Shown: positions 54,181 through 63,941, counted from the first letter of the stretch. The stretch: 64,000 nucleotides of DNA from Candidatus Binatia bacterium (GCA_044450645.1 JBIOJG010000012.1:36566-100565); one strand, 5' to 3'. The notes: generated by a model not told the origin, from the letters alone. Made by a program: numbers and translations.

Positions 54181-54960
54181 TTACGTCTGGAAGGCCCGCT
54201 CACTGCGCCCGCGCGCCTCGGGTGAGCAGGCCAGGATCTGCCGGATGCCCAGCACCTTCCAGGCGCGGCTGACCTGCCCGTCGGGCTCGGTGGTCGGGGC
54301 CTGCCCCGCCGTGCGCGTATGGCAGAAATGGCTGCCCCGATCGGTGTAGAGCTCCACAAAGCGCCCGCAGGTGCGCAGAATATGTTGGAGGGCGGCGAAG
54401 GTCGACAGCGTGCCCTCTTGCGGGGCAAACTGCGCATACAACATCCGCCCGTCGGCATCGTCGAGCGCCACCACCAGGTCCTGCATCGGCTCCCCCGCGA
54501 TCCCCTCGTGTGTGGAGGCGTCCAAGTGCACCAGCATCCCCCGCAGCGGCCGTCGCTCGCGCCGGCGCCGATAGCGGCCCCGGCCCGGACTCTTCTCGGC
54601 GAGCCCCGCCGCCGGTAAGACCAATTTCAGCCACGGGTAGCCAATCGCGAGGCCGTGCTCCTCGCGCACCTTCTCCCAGAAGTGCTGTACCGAGAAGTCC
54701 GCGTACCGCTCGCGCTTGAGCGTACAGATCCGCTCGATCGTCTCCACGGGAATCCGCTTGCGCCGCGGCTTGCCGCCGCGCTGATCGACCAACCCGTCGT
54801 AGCCGTGTGCCCGATACCGCTCCTTGAGCCGGCGCATGTGCCGGTCCGTAATCCCACAGATCCATGCGGCCTGAATCCACGTGATCTGTTTCGCTATCGC
54901 TTGCACGATCACTTCCCTGCCCGTCATCGCCTTCACCTCTTGCCGCAGCCCTCGCTCCAT
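54181..54960 (-). mobile_element. 3-prime-truncated DDE (rve-type) transposase gene, ISNCY/IS481-like; IS remnant
   Basis: The N-terminal HTH is ITWIQAAWICGITDRHMRRLKERYRAHGYDGLVDQRGG. DDE candidates are LVHLDASTH, LYTDRGSHF and SPEARGRSERAFQT. The ORF stops right after the GR.ER block, 2 nt from the convergent gene, so the usual ~100-aa C-terminal region is missing. Confidence 0.7.
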
Positions 54961-55050
54961 CGGCGACGCTGTAGCCGGTTAAGGCGGACTTCTTTACCTG
55001 CTTATACCCCCGGACATCTCCGGTGCTTCTAACAAGCGTGCTGTGCGTGC

Positions 55051-55080
55051 TTGACAATTTTGTAGTTCGCATCGTAGCAT
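55051..55080 (+). promoter_or_regulatory. Possible sigma-70 promoter for the downstream OMP gene
   Basis: TTGACA (55051-55056), an 18-nt spacer, then TAGCAT (75-80). It lies ~70 nt upstream of ATG 55149, next to the IS remnant. Confidence 0.35.
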
Positions 55081-55148
55081 CCGCCGCCAATTGTGGTTTC
55101 CGTTAGAGCGCGATCACGCCAGGAGTTCTGGCGGACGAAGGAGGGGCG

Positions 55149-56000
55149 ATGAAGGGTGCAGTGCAGAGATGGCTCGTAGCCAATGTTGCTGGCGCAGTCT
55201 TGGTCGTTGCAACAGGTGGCGCATGGGCGGTTGACGTCACGGATGCCGATCGTGTCTTTGTCAATTACACACGCGAGACCGCTACCGTCGGCCAGAACCA
55301 GTTCCGGCTCGAGGTCCGGGGCCTCGTGCAGGAGGACGAAAGAACGAATCCAGACCTCAATGTCGTCGGGCTGCGGTTACGTTCGATCTATCCCGATCAG
55401 CAGGCGACAAAGGCGAACGGAGGACACGTCGATCTCGTGGCTTCTTATGGTTTCGGGAAGAACGCCGAGCTTGGGTTTGTAATCCCTGGTGTGATTCAAT
55501 CCGTGCATTTCAAAGATGCCGCGACGCGCAATGACGCCGATATCGGCGATGTGGTGCTCTACACGAAGTTCAAACGGTCAGTAGCCGAGCATTGCGCGGT
55601 GGGTGCCGGTGTCGAGTTGATTACGCCATCCGCCCCCACCAGCAAAGGCTTCGGTACCGGCGAGTTGGGAGTGAACCCTATCCTTTCTACGCGCTACCAG
55701 CAGGGTAGGGTCGCAGTCGGGGCCAACGTCGGGTACCAGTTCTCCACCGGGGCCGTGAAAGACGTGTTGAACTATGGCGGTGAAGTGATCTTGCGCGGCA
55801 GCGAAACGTACGCCCTTCGCACCGAGATTGCGGGACGCTCGTTCGACGACGGCGGCAAGAGCTTTGTCGACATGACGATTCTTCCCGGCGTGGAGATCAA
55901 CGTCGCCAACAACGTGGCTATCCGCCCCACGGGCCTGGTGGGGGTCACCAGCTCAGCGCCCCAATGGGGGCTCGGCGTTGGCGTTGCCGTCACGCTGTAG
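55149..56000 (+). CDS. Putative outer-membrane beta-barrel protein (MetA-pathway/transporter-like OMP)
   Basis: SD GAAGGAGGGG is present. The signal peptide is MKGAVQRWLVANVAGAVLVVATGGAWA. Strands alternate in the amphipathic pattern. The terminal strand is WGLGVGVAVTL. Confidence 0.55.
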   Translation: MKGAVQRWLVANVAGAVLVVATGGAWAVDVTDADRVFVNYTRETATVGQNQFRLEVRGLVQEDERTNPDLNVVGLRLRSIYPDQQATKANGGHVDLVASYGFGKNAELGFVIPGVIQSVHFKDAATRNDADIGDVVLYTKFKRSVAEHCAVGAGVELITPSAPTSKGFGTGELGVNPILSTRYQQGRVAVGANVGYQFSTGAVKDVLNYGGEVILRGSETYALRTEIAGRSFDDGGKSFVDMTILPGVEINVANNVAIRPTGLVGVTSSAPQWGLGVGVAVTL

Positions 56001-56014
56001 CGGCGACACCCTCG

Positions 56015-56746
56015 CTAGTAGTTCACCTCGGTAAGACACAGGCCGCAGGCGGGTGCGGTGGGACCGGCCTGCCTGCGGTCGCGCGCTGCAAGCAACTGCG
56101 GCAAATTCTCTGCGCTGCGATTCCCTGCTCCAACCTCGACCAGTGTCCCGATGACGTTACGCACCATGTGGCGCAGGAAGCCGCTTGCCGCAATGGTGTA
56201 CGTGAGCAGATCGCCGGTGCGAGTGAGCTCGCTGCGCAGTACCCGCCGTACCGGATGCTTGGCTTCGCAGCCGGCGGCCTGAAACGAGCTGAAATCGTGC
56301 TCGCCGATCAAGTGAGCCACCGCGGCTTGCATGAGGCCGTCACCGAGCTGGCGGGGTACGTGCCAGGCGTAGCGGCGCCAGAACGGGGAGGGCCAGCGTG
56401 CGTTCCAGATGCGGTAGACATAGACACGGCTTCGGGCGGCACGGCGCGGGTCGAAATCATCGCCGACTACCGCGACAGTTCGGAGGCATATGTCCTGCGG
56501 GGTCAGGGCGTTGAGCCCGCGCAGCAACGTCTCCGCCGGCACCGTGCGCTGGAGGGAGAAGCTGATCACTTGCCCGGCGGCATGTACGCCCGCATCGGTG
56601 CGGCCGGCAGCCACGACCGCAGTGGATTCGCCGGTCATCTGTACGATCGCTTCTTGTAGGGCCGCCTGAATGGTTCGGCCGTTCGGCTGCACCTGCCAAC
56701 CGTGGTAGTCGGTGCCGTCGTATTCCAGGACAAATTTGAAACGCAT
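56015..56746 (-). CDS. truA: tRNA pseudouridine(38-40) synthase
   Basis: The N-terminus is MRFKFVLEYDGTDYHGWQVQPNGRTIQ, followed by AGRTDAGVHAAGQV (catalytic Asp). Confidence 0.9.
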   Translation of the reverse strand: MRFKFVLEYDGTDYHGWQVQPNGRTIQAALQEAIVQMTGESTAVVAAGRTDAGVHAAGQVISFSLQRTVPAETLLRGLNALTPQDICLRTVAVVGDDFDPRRAARSRVYVYRIWNARWPSPFWRRYAWHVPRQLGDGLMQAAVAHLIGEHDFSSFQAAGCEAKHPVRRVLRSELTRTGDLLTYTIAASGFLRHMVRNVIGTLVEVGAGNRSAENLPQLLAARDRRQAGPTAPACGLCLTEVNY

Positions 56747-56842
56747 ACGTTGTTGAGCCCCTCGCGCTGACTTCTCTAGCTAGGTCACCACCGACTCTGG
56801 ATGTGCCTTGCCAATTGGAGAGAAGGGACCCGAAGGAGTCGG

Positions 56843-57862
56843 CTACAGAAAATCGCGGATGAGCAGTTCCGCGATCTGCACGGCATTGACCGCGGCGCCT
56901 TTCCGCAGGTTATCGATTGCCATCCAGATGTCGAGGACATTGAGCGACTCGTCCTCACGAATACGCCCTACCAGGGTGGCGTCGTGCCCCACCGCTTCAG
57001 TCGGCGTCGGATACTCCAGAGTTCCGGCGTCATCGCGCAGCAGGACACCAGGGGCCGCCCGCAAGATGTCACGTGCATCGGTGGCGGTAAGTTTGCTGGA
57101 CGTTTCCACGTTGACAGAGAGCGCCCCTCCGTAAAAGATGGGTACACAGGCGCGGGTGACGCTTACCGGCAGCGACGGTTCAGCGAGCAACCGCCGCAAC
57201 GCCCCGGCAACCTGCAGCTCACCACGCGAGGCACCGCCGGCCAGGAACTCTCCCACTTGCGGCAGCACGTTGAACGCGATGCGGTGCGCGAATACCTCGT
57301 TGTCGACGCTTCGCCCGTTCATCAGTTCGACTGTCTGCCGTTGCAGCTCCTCAACGCCGGCCCGGCCGGCGCTGCAAACGGATTCGAACGTCGAACACAC
57401 CACGCGAACGATTCCCGCCGCATCGTGCAGTGGCTTCAAACCAACCGCCAAGGCTACCGCCGGCGAGTCGGGGCTCACCACGATACCACGGTTCACATAC
57501 GCGCTCAGGTCGGCGGCATTGACCTCCGGCACGACGAGGGGCACGTCTGGATCATCGGCCAGCAGCGAGCTCGTGTCGATGACGATGGCGCCCGACTCGG
57601 TGGCTCGTTCCATCCATTCGGCGCTTACTTGCTCACCGGCGGCGAAAAACACCAGATCGTCCCCATCGAAGCGTGCGCGCTCGAGCATCTCGACCCGCGC
57701 CGTGACCCCGCCGCAGGAGACCTCGTCGCCTGCCGAGTGGATGGAGGCATAGAGTTGCAGATCGCCGATCGGGAAGTGACGTTGCTGGAGCGCGGTCACG
57801 ATTTCATTGCCCACCAGGCCGGTGGCGCCGACGACAGCGATGGAATAGGTGGACTTCTTCAT
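56843..57862 (-). CDS. usg: USG-1-like member of the aspartate-semialdehyde dehydrogenase family (catalytic Cys, Gln and His not conserved)
   Basis: ATG 57862 gives MKKSTYSIAVVGATGLVGNEIV (NAD(P) fold). The protein has Asd-like length and blocks (DVPLVVPEVN, IAFNVLP, NLRKGAAVNAVQIAE). It has VVSPDSPAVAL where Asd has NPNC(S/T)T, STFESVCSAG where Asd has STYQAVSGAG, and PIFYGGALSV where Asd has the GH(S/A) His. It sits upstream of truA, as usg does in E. coli. Confidence 0.7.
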   Translation of the reverse strand: MKKSTYSIAVVGATGLVGNEIVTALQQRHFPIGDLQLYASIHSAGDEVSCGGVTARVEMLERARFDGDDLVFFAAGEQVSAEWMERATESGAIVIDTSSLLADDPDVPLVVPEVNAADLSAYVNRGIVVSPDSPAVALAVGLKPLHDAAGIVRVVCSTFESVCSAGRAGVEELQRQTVELMNGRSVDNEVFAHRIAFNVLPQVGEFLAGGASRGELQVAGALRRLLAEPSLPVSVTRACVPIFYGGALSVNVETSSKLTATDARDILRAAPGVLLRDDAGTLEYPTPTEAVGHDATLVGRIREDESLNVLDIWMAIDNLRKGAAVNAVQIAELLIRDFL

Positions 57863-57878
57863 GGGCGGCGGCGCGGCC

Positions 57879-58967
<1,089 letters not shown>

Positions 58968-59041
58968 GATACCCTCCAGATCACTCGTTCAAGTCACTGC
59001 GGCATCCTTCCGACCCAGATACCGCGTCAGCTTACTGTACC

Positions 59042-60592
59042 TTATGGCCCCTCCTCACGCACCTGCTGATAGTGCGTGCGCCGATACTGCAGCTTATTGA
59101 GGGCGTTCAGATAGGCAAGGGCGCTAGCTTGGATGATGTCGGTGTGCGCGCCCTGACCGGTGGCGGTGATGCCCTGGTGGTTGATCAAGCACGACACCTC
59201 ACCCAGCGCGTCGGTACCGCCGGTGATCGCCTTCACCGCATAGCGCTCGAGTTTAGGGCTGAGGCCTGTGATCTTCGAAATCACTTTGTAACAGGCGTCC
59301 ACCATGCCGTCGCCGTCCGCTTCGTCCTGACGTTCCACCCCGCCGACGCGCAGGCGCACCGCCGCATGCGGCAGCGCGCGGTTGGATGACGTCACGTTGA
59401 GCTCGAGCAGTTCGAACTGATCGGGGACCCGTACCGCTTCTTCGGTGACGATGGCGATGAGGTCTTCGTCGTACACACTCTTCTTCAGATCGGCCAGTGC
59501 CTTGAAGCGCTCGAAGGCCTTGTTCATGTCGACCTCGTACAGTTCGACGCCGAGCTGCTTGAGCCGCTCGGCGAAGGCGTGACGGCCGGAGTGCTTGCCG
59601 AGCACCAGCTTGTTGCTACTGATACCTACCGATGCCGGCTGCATGATCTCATAGTTCAACGTATCTTTGATCACGCCGTCCTGGTGGATGCCGGCCTCGT
59701 GGGCGAAGGCGTTGTCGCCGACGATGGGCTTGTTGGCCGGAACCGTCAGGCCGGTGACCTGCGCGAGCAGACGGCTGGCGGGGTAGATCTGTTCGGTCAC
59801 GATGTTGGTGCGCAGGTTGAAGAAGTCCGTGCGCGTATGAATCGCCATGACGATCTCTTCCATCGAGGCGTTGCCGGCGCGCTCCCCGATGCCGTTGATG
59901 GTGCACTCGATCTGTCGGGCGCCGTTGCGGACGGCGGCCAGAGAGTTGGCGACAGCCATGCCGAGATCATTGTGGCAGTGGGCGCTCCAGGTAACCAGTT
60001 CGCCGCCCGGCGTGTTGGCGACGAGGTAGCGGATGAGGCCGCCGAATTCCTCGGGCACCGCATACCCGGTTGTGTCCGGAACGTTGAGGACGACTGCACC
60101 GCTCTTGATCACCTCACCGAAGATTTGCACCAGGTAGTCCCGATCGCTGCGAGAAGCGTCCTCAGCCGAGAACTCGATGTAGTCGAGATACTTCTTCGCA
60201 TACTGCACCGCCCAGCATGCAGCATCGACGACTTCCTGGCGGCTCATCATCAGTTTGCGCTTGAGGTGAATGTCGGAGGTGGCGATGAAGATGTGGATAC
60301 CGGGCTGTTTGGCCTTTTCCACACTCTTGAGGGCGCGTTGGATGTCGGCTTCGCGAGTGCGCGCCAGACTGAGGACGATCGGTGCGCTCACCGCCTGCGC
60401 CACCCGGGCGACGGACTCGAAATCCCCCTGCGAGGAAGCTGCGAATCCCGCCTCGATCACGTCAACGTGCAGCTTCTCGAGCTGGCGTGCGATCAGCAGC
60501 TTCTCCTCGACGTTCATGGTTGCGCCCGGCGACTGCTCCCCATCGCGCAGGGTCGTATCGAAAATGTGTACCGTGTCCTGATTTCGCGCCAT
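59042..60592 (-). CDS. leuA: 2-isopropylmalate synthase
   Basis: ATG 60592 follows GGAGG at a 6-nt spacing. The N-terminus is VHIFDTTLRDGEQSPGATMNVEEKL. Other blocks are HCHNDLGMAVANSLAAV and ECTINGIGERAGNASMEE. A C-terminal LeuA dimer/regulatory domain is present. Confidence 0.95.
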   Translation of the reverse strand: MARNQDTVHIFDTTLRDGEQSPGATMNVEEKLLIARQLEKLHVDVIEAGFAASSQGDFESVARVAQAVSAPIVLSLARTREADIQRALKSVEKAKQPGIHIFIATSDIHLKRKLMMSRQEVVDAACWAVQYAKKYLDYIEFSAEDASRSDRDYLVQIFGEVIKSGAVVLNVPDTTGYAVPEEFGGLIRYLVANTPGGELVTWSAHCHNDLGMAVANSLAAVRNGARQIECTINGIGERAGNASMEEIVMAIHTRTDFFNLRTNIVTEQIYPASRLLAQVTGLTVPANKPIVGDNAFAHEAGIHQDGVIKDTLNYEIMQPASVGISSNKLVLGKHSGRHAFAERLKQLGVELYEVDMNKAFERFKALADLKKSVYDEDLIAIVTEEAVRVPDQFELLELNVTSSNRALPHAAVRLRVGGVERQDEADGDGMVDACYKVISKITGLSPKLERYAVKAITGGTDALGEVSCLINHQGITATGQGAHTDIIQASALAYLNALNKLQYRRTHYQQVREEGP

Positions 60593-60610
60593 CTTACACC
60601 TCCATCTTGC

Positions 60611-60750
60611 ACGCTCCGAAATAGAAAGGGCCACGAGGGAGCTACCCGTGGCCCTTCTGAAGACACAAACGCCACGGACAGCGTGCCCGCCCGTGGCGTC
60701 CTTCGGTCGCGTATTTTTGCTTACGCTCCCGTAGACGCACCGGGCGGGCC
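60611..60750 (-). promoter_or_regulatory. Putative transcription attenuator (alternative hairpins plus terminator) upstream of leuA
   Basis: On the minus-strand RNA, the segment from 60749-60734 (3-prime end of the leader ORF) is complementary (14/16) to the segment from 60700-60685. ACGCCACGG (60699-60691) pairs with CCGUGGCGU (60677-60669). That CCGUGGC can instead pair with GCCACGG at 60652-60646. The terminal hairpin AAGGGCCACG-11 nt-CGUGGCCCUU (60656-60626) is followed by UCUAUUUCGG. Confidence 0.5.
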
Positions 60751-60807
60751 CAGAAGCAGGAGGCCCAGCAACAGCGACAACCCACGTACGTCCTGAGAAG
60801 CGTTCAT
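60721..60807 (-). CDS. Putative leucine-rich leader peptide of the leuA-leuB operon (28 aa)
   Basis: The product is MNASQDVRGLSLLLGLLLLGPPGASTGA. It has 8 Leu codons (ttg ctg ttg ctg ctc ctg ctt ctg), 7 of them within 8 residues. It lies between the pssA stop (60840) and the leuA start. No clear SD is present. Confidence 0.45.
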   Translation of the reverse strand: MNASQDVRGLSLLLGLLLLGPPGASTGA

Positions 60808-60839
60808 GGCGAAATGTTTAAAGTAGGGCACCCAACTTG

Positions 60840-61751
60840 TCAAGGGGCGGCCTTGCGCCAGCGCCCGCCGACGAGACCAACCAATCCCGTTGCCTTCGGT
60901 GCGCCCACTGGCAACTCGTCGGGGCGTAGGCTGCTGGCAGACGCGCCCGGCCCCGCGTCTCCCGGACGGCCTCGACGGCGCATCTGCATCCGCAGACGCT
61001 TGCCGCGCACGAACACCCAGCGGAACGGACCCGATGACGCGTATAATAAGAAGCTGGCGAACAGCATGATCTGAGGTTCGGCGATGAACAGCTTCAGCAG
61101 CACGATGATGGCGATCAGCATCCAAAACGGTTGTCGCCGGTAGAGATCGGTTTCCTTGAAACTGAAGTACTTCAGGTTGCTGACCATCAAACCCGCCAGC
61201 GCGTATGTCACCAGCAGCAGAACCAGATGCCCCCGCGTTGGTCCTTCTCCACCGAGATAGTAGTAGAGCAGGACGATTGAAGAGATGAGCTCCGCGGCTG
61301 CGGGGATCGGCAAGCCGATGAAGTGTCGTTTCTCGGCGTTCTCGTACTGTACGTTGAAACGAGCTAGACGCAAGGCTCCGCAGGCGACGTACAACGACGC
61401 TGCCAGCCAGCCCCAGTTTCCCCACGGCTCGAGCGCCCAACGGTACACGAGGATGCCGGGAGCGACCCCGAAGGCGATGAGATCCGAGAGGGAGTCGTAC
61501 TCGATGCCGAATCGTGTGGTCGAGTGGGTCAGCCGCGCGATACGACCGTCGAGGATGTCGAAAATGTTGGCCACCAAGATGGCGATGGCGGCGCGCTCGA
61601 AGTCGGGACGAAAACTGGCGATGATTGAGTAGAAGCCGGCGAACAACCCAGCGGTGGTAATCAGATTGGGCAGGATATAGACGCCTTTACGAATCGGCGT
61701 CGCACTGCTGTGGGCTGGGAGCGTCAGCTCCCCTTCATCGGTCATGTCCAC
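60840..61751 (-). CDS. pssA: CDP-diacylglycerol--serine O-phosphatidyltransferase
   Basis: The CDP-alcohol phosphotransferase motif is DILDGRIARLTHSTTRFGIEYDSLSDLIAFGVAP. There are multiple TM helices. It overlaps the psd stop by 10 nt. Confidence 0.85.
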   Translation of the reverse strand: MDMTDEGELTLPAHSSATPIRKGVYILPNLITTAGLFAGFYSIIASFRPDFERAAIAILVANIFDILDGRIARLTHSTTRFGIEYDSLSDLIAFGVAPGILVYRWALEPWGNWGWLAASLYVACGALRLARFNVQYENAEKRHFIGLPIPAAAELISSIVLLYYYLGGEGPTRGHLVLLLVTYALAGLMVSNLKYFSFKETDLYRRQPFWMLIAIIVLLKLFIAEPQIMLFASFLLYASSGPFRWVFVRGKRLRMQMRRRGRPGDAGPGASASSLRPDELPVGAPKATGLVGLVGGRWRKAAP

Positions 61752-62392
61752 CGGGCAATCACCGTGCTACCGCCCCGGGCACGGGTACCGAGCTCGACGC
61801 ACACCTGTGCTTCCCGCGGCAGGTAGAGATCGGCGCGGGATCCGAACATGATCATTCCGAAACGCTGGCCGCGGTCTGCCTGCATACCAACGCGAAGATA
61901 GCAGACAATGCGACGGGCGAGAAACCCGGCGATCTGCACGAAGCAGAGCCGCCGGCCATGCTCGTCTTCCATCACGACGGCATTTTGCTCGTTGTCGAGG
62001 GACGCCTTGTCGGCGAAGGCGCGGAAGTACTTGCCGTGGTTGTAGCGCAGATCGATCACCCGCCCCGTCATCGGTACGCGGTTCACATGCACATCCAGCG
62101 GCGACATGAAGATGCTCACCAGTGTCGCTTCGCCATGCAGGAAGCGGTCGTCTTGAATCCGCGCCACCTTGATGACGCGCCCGTCTGCCGGTGAGACGAT
62201 GAGGTCCTGGCCGTCAGGAATAACCCGTTCCGGATCGCGAAAGAAGCCGAGGAGGAAGACGGTCAAAACCAGCGCACACGCACCCGCGATGCTCCAACCG
62301 AGGAGGCACAACAGCACGCTGAGCACGGCCGCGCTCCCGATCAGCGGATAGCCTTCACGTGTTATTCGCACCGGGCACTCCACGGTCAGCAA
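61742..62392 (-). CDS. psd: Phosphatidylserine decarboxylase proenzyme (short form)
   Basis: Family blocks are FFRDPERVIP...IVSPADGRV...FMSPLDVHVNRVPMTG. The self-cleavage-site region is MIMFGSRADLYLP. The start is ambiguous (TTG 62392, GTG 62383 or GTG 62371). Confidence 0.85.
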   Translation of the reverse strand: MLTVECPVRITREGYPLIGSAAVLSVLLCLLGWSIAGACALVLTVFLLGFFRDPERVIPDGQDLIVSPADGRVIKVARIQDDRFLHGEATLVSIFMSPLDVHVNRVPMTGRVIDLRYNHGKYFRAFADKASLDNEQNAVVMEDEHGRRLCFVQIAGFLARRIVCYLRVGMQADRGQRFGMIMFGSRADLYLPREAQVCVELGTRARGGSTVIARWT

Positions 62393-62562
62393 AGACGCTC
62401 AACGAGAGTATCTGCCGCGTACGTCTCCGTCCATTATCGAGCATCGTCGTCCTTGCCACCGGCAGGGCCAAGCGCATTCGATTCAGCAGACGGTCGGAAA
62501 CCGGCCATCCCCGCAGGACGGGCGGACTATAGCGGAATGCCGCCCGTGACCCAAGCGGGTCG

Positions 62563-62576
62563 CGTGACCGGTCACG
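62563..62576. promoter_or_regulatory. Perfect 14-nt palindrome in the psd/ilvC divergent intergenic region (candidate operator)
   Basis: CGTGACCGGTCACG was read directly. It lies ~200 nt upstream of the ilvC start and ~170 nt upstream of psd. Confidence 0.25.
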
Positions 62577-62774
62577 AACGCTCTGTCGGCGGGCGGATTG
62601 AATGTTTTCGACGCTCGTTGTGCTACCGCCGATTGAGTTTCGGACCGAAGTGTGGACAATGCTTCGATAATCCGGCATCGAGATGACGTGTTTGGGATGG
62701 GGCGTTGGCGCGTCCATTCCGATCCCGCAGCGAAACGGGGTTTCTCACGAAGCGAAGGAAGGAGGACAGGTAGC

Positions 62775-63875
62775 GTGGCAGTTATCGATTTTGGAGGGGT
62801 GAAAGAAGAAGTTGTCATGCGGAAAGAGTTTTCCATGGCGAGAGCGCGTAAGGTTCTCAAGAATGAGACGATCGCAGTGATCGGATACGGCGTGCAGGGA
62901 CCCGCACAAGCCCTGAACATGAAAGACAACGGCTTCAACGTGATCATCGGCCAGTCGAAGCAATTCCAGCGGGACTGGGATCGCGCACGGCGGGACGGCT
63001 GGAAGCCGGGCAAAGATCTGTTCGACATGGAAGAGGCCGCACGGCGTGGAACGATCGTCGAGATGCTGGTCTCCGATGCGGCACAGAAGGCAATCTGGCC
63101 CACCATCAAGCGATGCCTCAACCCTGGTGACGCGCTGTATTTCTCGCACGGCTTCTCCATCGTGTACAAGGATCAAACGAAAGTGATTCCGTCCGAAGAT
63201 GTGGATGTGATCATGGTGGCCCCGAAAGGGTCGGGGACGTCGGTTCGCCGCAACTTCCTCTCCGGTGCGGGGATCAACGCGAGCTTCGCCGTGTATCACG
63301 ACGCGACCGGCCGGGCGCGGGAACGTTGTATGGCGCTGGGGATCGCCATTGGATCAGGGTACCTCTTCCCTACGACCTTTCAGCACGAGGTGTACAGCGA
63401 TTTGACCGGCGAGCGCGGCGTCTTGATGGGGGCGCTGGCGGGCGTCATGGAGGCGCAGTACGAGGTCCTGCGGAAGAGGGGACACAGCCCCAGCGAGGCG
63501 TTCAACGAGACAGTCGAGGAGTTGACGGAGAGCCTGATCCGTCTCGTGGGTGAAAACGGCATGGACTGGATGTACGCCAATTGCTCCGCCACGGCGCAGC
63601 GCGGCGCGCTGGACTGGAAACCAAAATTCAAGAGAGCGGTGCTTCCGCTCTTCAACGAACTCTACAAGCGGGTGGCGACCGGAGTCGAAACCCGGCGCGT
63701 GCTCACTGCCTGCGGTGCCCCCGACTATCAGCGACAGCTCACCAAGGAGCTGGAGGCCATGGGGAACTCCGAGATGTGGCGGGCGGGCAAAGCCACCCGG
63801 GATCTCCGTCCGAAGGAGTCAGCGAGAACGATCTCAAAGGCAACGAAGGGGGTTGGCGGCAGAGGGGCGAACTGA
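62775..63875 (+). CDS. ilvC: Ketol-acid reductoisomerase (class I)
   Basis: GTG 62775 lies 9 nt after GGAGG (62761-62765). The N-terminus is (M)AVIDFGGVKEEVVMRKEFSMARARKVLKNETIAVIGYGVQGPAQALNMKDNGFNVIIG. Other blocks are FSHGFSIVY and VIMVAPKGSGTSVRR. Confidence 0.9.
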   Translation: MAVIDFGGVKEEVVMRKEFSMARARKVLKNETIAVIGYGVQGPAQALNMKDNGFNVIIGQSKQFQRDWDRARRDGWKPGKDLFDMEEAARRGTIVEMLVSDAAQKAIWPTIKRCLNPGDALYFSHGFSIVYKDQTKVIPSEDVDVIMVAPKGSGTSVRRNFLSGAGINASFAVYHDATGRARERCMALGIAIGSGYLFPTTFQHEVYSDLTGERGVLMGALAGVMEAQYEVLRKRGHSPSEAFNETVEELTESLIRLVGENGMDWMYANCSATAQRGALDWKPKFKRAVLPLFNELYKRVATGVETRRVLTACGAPDYQRQLTKELEAMGNSEMWRAGKATRDLRPKESARTISKATKGVGGRGAN

Positions 63876-63904
63876 AATCGGATTCCTGATGGGTGATGCG
63901 CGAT

Positions 63905-63941
63905 GCGTGAATTACGCGGAGGATTCCGCGCTTTTTCACGC
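63905..63941 (+). terminator. Rho-independent terminator of ilvC (nested hairpin)
   Basis: The inner stem CGCGGA-ggat-TCCGCG (63915-63930) is followed by CTTTTT. The outer stem is GCGTGAA...TTCACGC (63905-63911 / 63935-63941). Confidence 0.55.

Noticed and set aside
54200-55090. 296-aa minus-strand ORF overlapping the transposase ORF in another frame
   Set aside because: It is an Arg/Ala/Gly-rich GC artefact. The HTH and DDE motifs are in the 54181-54960 frame.
60808-61440. Upstream part of minus ORF 60721-61440
   Set aside because: It overlaps pssA out of frame. Only the last 28 codons, after the pssA stop, are considered as a possible leader peptide.
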